29,522 bases of DNA, taken from the IMG/VR virus record IMGVR_UViG_3300042887_003054, positions 1 to 29,522 of that record; one strand, written 5' to 3'. The translations under genes and the position numbers were made by a program. Below, in pieces: positions 26,491 through 29,522 of the stretch. The notes beneath the pieces are model-generated. The model had not been told where the DNA came from and did no database searches. It saw only the letters and a list, made by a program, of their open reading frames with translations. Position 1 is the first letter of the stretch; the number at the start of each line of letters is the position of its first letter. The DNA comes from a virus. Its lineage: Duplodnaviria > Caudoviricetes.

Positions 26491-27450
26491 TTAGAAGTCT
26501 TCGTCTGTTGAGAATGATTTTCCTTCGTTCACACCCACCGCAGCTTTGGAATAGTCGGAAACTCTTTTCTCAAAGAAGTTGGTTTTATTTTCCATTGCGA
26601 TATTTTGCATGAAATCAAAAGGATTTTCAGAATTATAAACTTTTCCAACCCCAAGATCAACTAGCAAACGATCCGCAACATATTCAAGATATTGTTTCAT
26701 CAAGTCTTTGTTCATTCCGATCAAATCAACAGGAAGTGATTCGGTGATGAACTCTTTTTCAATTTCAAGTGCCGAACCGATGATTTCCATAATCCGGTCT
26801 TTTGTCAATTTGTTTTCAATGTGGTTGTTGTAAAGGTGAACCGCAAAGTCACAATGTAACCCTTCATCTCGTGAGATAAGTTCGTTACTGAATGAAAGAC
26901 CCGGCATCAAACCTCTTTTCTTGAGCCAGAAAATTGAACAGAATGATCCTGAGAAGAAGATCCCTTCAACCGCCGCAAAGGCAATCAATCGTTCAATAAA
27001 TGACTCGGACCCGATCCACTTTAGAGCCCATTGTGCTTTCTTTTGAACCGCAGGAATGGTGTCAATTGCATTGAACAAATAGTTTTGTTCTTCTTTGTCT
27101 TTGATATAAGTGTCTATCAACAATGAATAGGTCTCAGAATGGATGTTTTCCATCATAATCTGAAATCCGTAGAAGAATTTTGCTTCCGTATATTGAACTT
27201 CACTTACAAAGTTCTCTGCGAGATTCTCGTTTACAATTCCATCCGAAGCCGCAAAGAATGCCAAAACATTTTTAACGAAATGTTTTTCTCCGTCATTGAG
27301 TCTTTCCCAATCAATAAGATCGGAAGAGAGGTCAATTTCTTCAGCAGTCCAGAATACGGATTCTGCTTTTTTATAGTAATCCCAAATATCGTGGTGTTCA
27401 ATTGGAAACAGCACAAATCTGTTCTTATTTTCTGTTAAGATTTTTTCCAT
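26491..27450 (-). CDS. nrdB: Class Ia ribonucleoside-diphosphate reductase, beta subunit
   Basis: [50 protein letters not shown] and [10 protein letters not shown]. Confidence 0.98.
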   Translation of the reverse strand: MEKILTENKNRFVLFPIEHHDIWDYYKKAESVFWTAEEIDLSSDLIDWERLNDGEKHFVKNVLAFFAASDGIVNENLAENFVSEVQYTEAKFFYGFQIMMENIHSETYSLLIDTYIKDKEEQNYLFNAIDTIPAVQKKAQWALKWIGSESFIERLIAFAAVEGIFFSGSFCSIFWLKKRGLMPGLSFSNELISRDEGLHCDFAVHLYNNHIENKLTKDRIMEIIGSALEIEKEFITESLPVDLIGMNKDLMKQYLEYVADRLLVDLGVGKVYNSENPFDFMQNIAMENKTNFFEKRVSDYSKAAVGVNEGKSFSTDEDF

Positions 27451-27463
27451 TTTTTTGTATAAA

Positions 27464-28849
27464 TTAAAGTGTTTGTTCTCGTTGTCTTCTTCTATCCATC
27501 AATTCTTTCTGACGCTGTTTTGCCGATTCTTCTTTCTTTTCTTCTAATCCCAAGAAAGTAACACTCTGCTCAGTGTCAATATCCAATAACTCGTTATTGA
27601 ATTTACAATTCTCAAATACAATACCATCCCTACCAATACGAGATTTGGTGATGGCGATCGTTGCGAGGTTCATCTCCTTTTGTTGAAGTGATTTCGCAAT
27701 TGAAATAATCACGTGTCCGACTTGAGCCTTCTTAATTGATCCACCCATCTGATCTGTGGTTACAACATCAGAAGAGATTGACGATCTATTACCTTGAGTT
27801 GCCGTCCAACCCGCAATATCCAACTCCGTACACATCGCTTCAAACTTTCTCATTACCGATCCTTCACTCTTCCAATCATCTGCTCCTGCCATACTTTTGT
27901 CAGGAAGAATACAATCAATATAATCCACAACCAAAAGGTCAATAGTCACGCCTTCAGATTTGATTTTACGAATGTAGTTCTTGATATGACTCATGGTTAG
28001 AGTATCCGATGGTAGTTTTCTAAGCATCAACTTGTTGGGTTGTGATTCTCGGATTTCTCTAACTTTTTCCATCACATCGTCTTTGTGTGCAGGAAGTTCA
28101 GAGTTTGCAAGTCCTGTCCACAAGGTGAAGTGCTTTCTTTGGATAATCTTTTGGTTGTCTTCAAAGAAGATTTGAAGGACATTGAAACCCATATTGAAAG
28201 CGTTGTTTGCTATTTTTGTGAGTATAGTTGTCTTACCCACCCCCGTCGGAGCGAGAATAACACCAATTTCACCCTTCGCCAATCCACCACTCAGAAGATT
28301 GTCTAACCCATTAATCCCCATCGGGATTGGGTGTCTATAGTCTTCCGCCAAAACATCATCTAAATCACTGAACACATCTGCTGTGTCTTGTTCCATATTA
28401 CCAACCTGTAACCCCTCTCTCACCATTTCTTCCAACGCATCATAATTCTCGAAATCACCTTTATCGATGATTTTCTGTGCTCTTTCAAGCACCTTCTTCA
28501 TAACTTGTTGTTTACAAAACTTCAATGCTTTGTCTTGTACAAACTCGTGCCCCTCCTGTGGTGCGTTCTTGACATTTTCAAGTGTGTCAATGATTACCTT
28601 GCGGGCTTGTTCTTGAGAAATTTCAGAGATAGTTAGTTGTTCAAGTGTGGCAATGTTCGGAATAGATTCGTACTTTGCGTGGTATTCCTTTACCATTTGG
28701 ACAATGATTGAGTAATACTTGTTGTCAAAGTACGTGGGTTCAATAACCTCCATAATAGACCCCGAAAACTTCTTATCAAAGATGATTTGATTGAGAAGTT
28801 GGAGCTGAAAGGTATTACCTAAATAACCGAAATTTTTCTGATTTGCCAT
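27464..28849 (-). CDS. Replicative SF4 DNA helicase, DnaB / T4 gp41-like
   Basis: Walker A APTGVGKT, Walker [17 protein letters not shown] and ITKSRIG motifs. Confidence 0.92.
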   Translation of the reverse strand: MANQKNFGYLGNTFQLQLLNQIIFDKKFSGSIMEVIEPTYFDNKYYSIIVQMVKEYHAKYESIPNIATLEQLTISEISQEQARKVIIDTLENVKNAPQEGHEFVQDKALKFCKQQVMKKVLERAQKIIDKGDFENYDALEEMVREGLQVGNMEQDTADVFSDLDDVLAEDYRHPIPMGINGLDNLLSGGLAKGEIGVILAPTGVGKTTILTKIANNAFNMGFNVLQIFFEDNQKIIQRKHFTLWTGLANSELPAHKDDVMEKVREIRESQPNKLMLRKLPSDTLTMSHIKNYIRKIKSEGVTIDLLVVDYIDCILPDKSMAGADDWKSEGSVMRKFEAMCTELDIAGWTATQGNRSSISSDVVTTDQMGGSIKKAQVGHVIISIAKSLQQKEMNLATIAITKSRIGRDGIVFENCKFNNELLDIDTEQSVTFLGLEEKKEESAKQRQKELMDRRRQREQTL

Positions 28850-28871
28850 GAATGAAACTACCTGATTTTTC

Positions 28872-28879
28872 TATAAATA
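28872..28879 (-). promoter_or_regulatory. TATTTATA motif upstream of the helicase
   Basis: In the 33-nt intergenic gap, 22 nt upstream of the ATG. Confidence 0.4.
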
Positions 28880-28882
28880 TAG

Positions 28883-29332
28883 TTAAACGAGTTCTAAATC
28901 TAGGTAAGAGTAAGTTAAATTTTCGTCGGAAAAAATGTCAGTTAGGTTACGCAAAACACCTTTCAGAAGTGGTCGTATATCAACGGTATAACGAACTTTT
29001 GGGGGGTAAACTTTCGCATCGAACTGAAGGTGACAAATTGTCCGATTTCCATCCTTAATATAAATGTTAAAATTCTCGGGTCCATCGGTGTTTGATGTTT
29101 CCATAATGGACTCATCGGTGGTGATCTGAAAATAATTATCGGTCATATACACAAGGGTCTTACGCTTGAGATCATTTTGAATAATGTTCTTGATATTATT
29201 CAACTCGTGATAGAGATTCAAAGATCGTCCTGCGTTTTCTTGATAATCCCGTACATTAAAGAATCGTTGTACCACAAAGTTGTCGTTGAGGGTAATCAAC
29301 AATTCCATTTTTTTCAATTCCTGTTCTTTCAT
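28883..29332 (-). CDS. Hypothetical protein in the replication module (149 aa)
   Basis: ATGA overlap with the upstream stop; A-rich start context. Confidence 0.75.
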   Translation of the reverse strand: MKEQELKKMELLITLNDNFVVQRFFNVRDYQENAGRSLNLYHELNNIKNIIQNDLKRKTLVYMTDNYFQITTDESIMETSNTDGPENFNIYIKDGNRTICHLQFDAKVYPPKVRYTVDIRPLLKGVLRNLTDIFSDENLTYSYLDLELV

Positions 29333-29522
29333 TTTTTTTGTTTTTTAAAGGTTTGTTTTTCTTTTCTTGTTAACTTCATAAAAGGGGTGATAAAATCAAC
29401 CCACGCATTGTCCCCTCTCGGTAAAAAATTGTACAGACCATCTTCTCTCATAAGTTTCATCGCCTGTTTGTATGATCTACCATCGGGGTCTAAACTCTCA
29501 TTGATTAGACTTAATATTTCAT
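29329..29522 (-). CDS. C-terminus of an upstream gene, possibly a 5'-3' exonuclease / RNase H-like protein
   Basis: Open frame ...EILSLINESLDPDGRSYKQAMKLMREDGLYNFLPRGDNAWVDFITPFMKLTRKEKQTFKKQKK* with TGA at 29331-29329. The CDS is well supported; the product is a guess from context and recalled similarity. Confidence 0.45.
   Translation of the reverse strand, partial: EILSLINESLDPDGRSYKQAMKLMREDGLYNFLPRGDNAWVDFITPFMKLTRKEKQTFKKQKK

Noticed and set aside
24551-28306. Short alternative-frame and antisense ORFs within nrdA, nrdB and the helicase, including the 214-aa plus-strand ORF
   Set aside because: Fully nested in conserved genes with no recognisable motifs; expected shadow ORFs.
7612-28849. 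Interpretation as a bacterial contractile injection system or a eukaryotic giant virus
   Set aside because: Baseplate genes sit beside a gp41/DnaB-like helicase and RNR in a compact single-strand layout, which fits a tailed phage best.
1386-29332. Genome-wide TAG reassignment (code 15)
   Set aside because: Very long structural ORFs are intact under code 11 with no internal TAG, and TAG plausibly ends the 364-aa gene.

Overview
This is a 29.5-kb segment of a large tailed dsDNA phage, probably a myovirus with a contractile-tail baseplate. A Bacteroidota host is inferred from SprB-like repeats, A-rich translation starts without Shine-Dalgarno sites and the ribonucleotide reductase type. All credible genes are on the minus strand and use the standard code. 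In transcription order (right to left): a partial putative 5'-3' exonuclease, a hypothetical gene, a DnaB/gp41-like helicase, nrdB, nrdA, an intrinsic terminator, two short accessory cassettes, gp25-like and gp6/J-like baseplate genes, several coupled baseplate/tail genes, and a run of fibre/adhesin-like genes. That run ends in a (Gly-Ser-Ser/Gly-Thr-Ser)n protein that leaves the window and is absent from the ORF track. The most unusual feature is at 22829-23985. Two tandem units share near-identical 5' ends (motif plus a 12-codon MRxLIKRILxEE leader) and 3' ends (63-bp repeat) but carry unrelated cargo, a ParB/Srx-like and an ADP-ribosyltransferase-like domain. This suggests an exchangeable array of capsid-targeted effectors. 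All function calls come from motifs read by eye; no database search was run.
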